A stretch of DNA of 64,000 nucleotides from Eubacteriales bacterium (GTDB lineage Bacteria; Bacillota; Clostridia; Oscillospirales; CAG-272): positions 69 to 64,068 of the forward strand of contig JBGUUX010000100.1 of assembly GCA_045133915.1 (NCBI GenBank), in the 5' to 3' direction. This document shows positions 62,606 to 64,000 of the stretch, piece by piece. Each line of letters begins with the position of its first letter. Within the stretch, counting starts at the first letter, position 1. Below the pieces are notes generated by a model that did not search any database, had not been told where the DNA came from, and saw only the letters and a program-made list of their open reading frames with translations. The position numbers and the translations under genes were made by a program.

Positions 62606-62634
62606 ATTATAGCACTATCTATCCTTTATGTCAA
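62606..62634 (-). promoter_or_regulatory. Promoter of the T-box/ilvA transcript
   Basis: On the minus strand: TTGACA (62634-62629), a 17-nt spacer, TATAAT (62611-62606). Both hexamers match consensus. Confidence 0.7.
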
Positions 62635-62724
62635 TACAAAAAACACATTTTGTTAACAACTTTGCTTATTGGAATTAATATCTATTTGGTAAAATTCTCC
62701 TAACATTTTATCGGGAGTTACGAG

Positions 62725-63891
62725 ATGACAAGCAGATTTGACAGATTTTCAGCATTAATATTTGAAATTTCGAGATTATGGCATCAGATATCCGCAAACG
62801 AAATGGCGCATTTTGGTCTCAAAGGCACTTATACCGTTTATCTGTCAGCTATCTACAACAATCCCGACGGAATAACCTCAGCCGCTCTTGCCGATATATG
62901 CCGACGTGACAAGGCAGACGTTTCACGAGCTGTTTCTGCCATGGAAAAAGAGGGTCTTTTGGTTAGAAAAACCGAAAAGAACAACAGTTACCGCGCTGCC
63001 CTTGTACTTACAGAGGTTGGCCGCAAGGCTGCCGAATACGTTCTTGCCAAGGGCGAGCTTGCCGTTGAAATGGCGGACACCGGCGTTACCCCCAAGGAGA
63101 TAGAGAGCTTCTACAAGACTCTTGAGACTATTGCGGGTAATCTGCGTTGCATATCCGAGCACGGTATAACAAATGATTATATAAAGCTCAAGGCGGTTCT
63201 TTTTGACCTTGACGGTACTCTTCTGCCTATGGATCAGGATGAGTTTATGAAAAAGTATATGGGCGGTCTTTGCAAACACCTTATGCCTATGGGATATGAC
63301 GCCGACAAGCTGCCCGTAGCTATATGGCAGGGTGTAAAAGCAATGTACAAAAACACGGGAGAGTTTACCAACGAAGAGGTGTTCTGGAACGCCTTTAAAA
63401 AGCTTTATCCCGATACCTCAGACAAGGAAATAAAGCTCCTTGATGAATATTACGAAACTAAGTTTAACGAGGTAGCATCTGTAGCTACACCCAACCCCGA
63501 TGCAAAAAAAGCCGTAGAATATATAAAGGCGAAGGGTCTGCGTGTGACCCTTGCTACAAATCCCCTCTTTCCCCGTATAGCTACCAAAAAGCGTATCAGA
63601 TGGGCGGGATTTAAGGAAGAGGACTTTGAGTTCTTCACCTCATTTGAGGATTCCTGCAATGCTAAGCCTAACCCCGACTATTTCAGAGGTATATGCGAGC
63701 GTATGGGTCTTAAGCCCTGCGAATGTCTGTTGGTCGGTAACGATGTGGACGAGGATATGGCTGCCCGTGATATCGGTATGAAGGTATTTCTTATTACCGA
63801 CCATATGATAAACAAAAACGGCAAGGATATTTCGGTATATCCTCACGGTAACTTTAAAGATCTTATTGAATATATAAAAGAGCAGGCTTAG
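62725..63891 (+). CDS. MarR-type wHTH fused to a HAD-superfamily hydrolase
   Basis: N-terminal ~140 aa: GLKGTYTVYLSAIYNNPDGITSAALADICRRDKADVSRAVSAMEKEGLLVR. C-terminal part: HAD motif I LFDLDGTLL, motif II LATN, motif IV VGNDVDEDM. Confidence 0.75.
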   Translation: MTSRFDRFSALIFEISRLWHQISANEMAHFGLKGTYTVYLSAIYNNPDGITSAALADICRRDKADVSRAVSAMEKEGLLVRKTEKNNSYRAALVLTEVGRKAAEYVLAKGELAVEMADTGVTPKEIESFYKTLETIAGNLRCISEHGITNDYIKLKAVLFDLDGTLLPMDQDEFMKKYMGGLCKHLMPMGYDADKLPVAIWQGVKAMYKNTGEFTNEEVFWNAFKKLYPDTSDKEIKLLDEYYETKFNEVASVATPNPDAKKAVEYIKAKGLRVTLATNPLFPRIATKKRIRWAGFKEEDFEFFTSFEDSCNAKPNPDYFRGICERMGLKPCECLLVGNDVDEDMAARDIGMKVFLITDHMINKNGKDISVYPHGNFKDLIEYIKEQA

Positions 63892-63927
63892 GCGTTGTAC
63901 CAGTATGGATACAACGCCGGTTTTATT
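63891..63927 (+). terminator. Intrinsic terminator
   Basis: GGCGTTGTA, a 10-nt loop, TACAACGCC, then GGTTTTATT. Confidence 0.6.
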
Positions 63928-64000
63928 CGCCAAAGGCGAGTTGTATTGCTTCGCAGTTATATTCAGCTACCGCCGAGTGATATTGCCTTCGGCAGTTTAG

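Overview
This window appears to come from a spore-forming, mid-GC Firmicute, probably Clostridia-like. Evidence for that: a cotJ operon, a Cheo-type LexA box, a T-box leader, AGGAGG ribosome-binding sites and ECF transporters.

Positions 1 to about 38,426 are the right-hand portion (more than 38 kb) of a prophage. It continues past the left edge of the window. Reading right to left it contains:
- a large serine recombinase gene next to the att junction
- a small membrane protein
- a divergent cI-like/cro-like switch with consensus promoters
- an early, replication and recombination region (SMC-like ATPase, DUF669-like protein, MBL-fold hydrolase, Dam methylase and many small Cys-rich proteins)
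- the packaging and virion genes: terS, terL, portal, a Prp-like protease, scaffold and major capsid
- a few unassigned virion genes
- a single 4,739-aa polyvalent gene combining a zincin motif, an N6-adenine methyltransferase and an SNF2-type helicase
- the start of a tail-fibre-like gene

The prophage interrupts the spore-coat gene cotJC; cotJA and cotJB are intact.

To the right of the prophage lie host genes:
- a fic plus Type III mod-res operon
- add and a LysR regulator
- a long operon behind a cobalamin riboswitch (DUF4430 proteins, a prenyltransferase-like protein and an ECF transporter)
- an EamA transporter, tadA, a U32 peptidase and ridA
- ilvA behind a T-box leader
- a MarR-HAD fusion gene

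A 208-bp MITE-like element occurs at least twice in full and twice as fragments. Its terminal inverted repeats are built from AATGCAG heptamers.

Most interesting observations:
- the prophage insertion in cotJC
- the giant polyvalent protein
- a TnpV-like ORF with its own Shine-Dalgarno, nested in the +1 frame of the giant gene
- a LexA box in front of a small ORF antisense to the repressor gene

All functional calls come from motif reading and memory of protein families. No database search was run.
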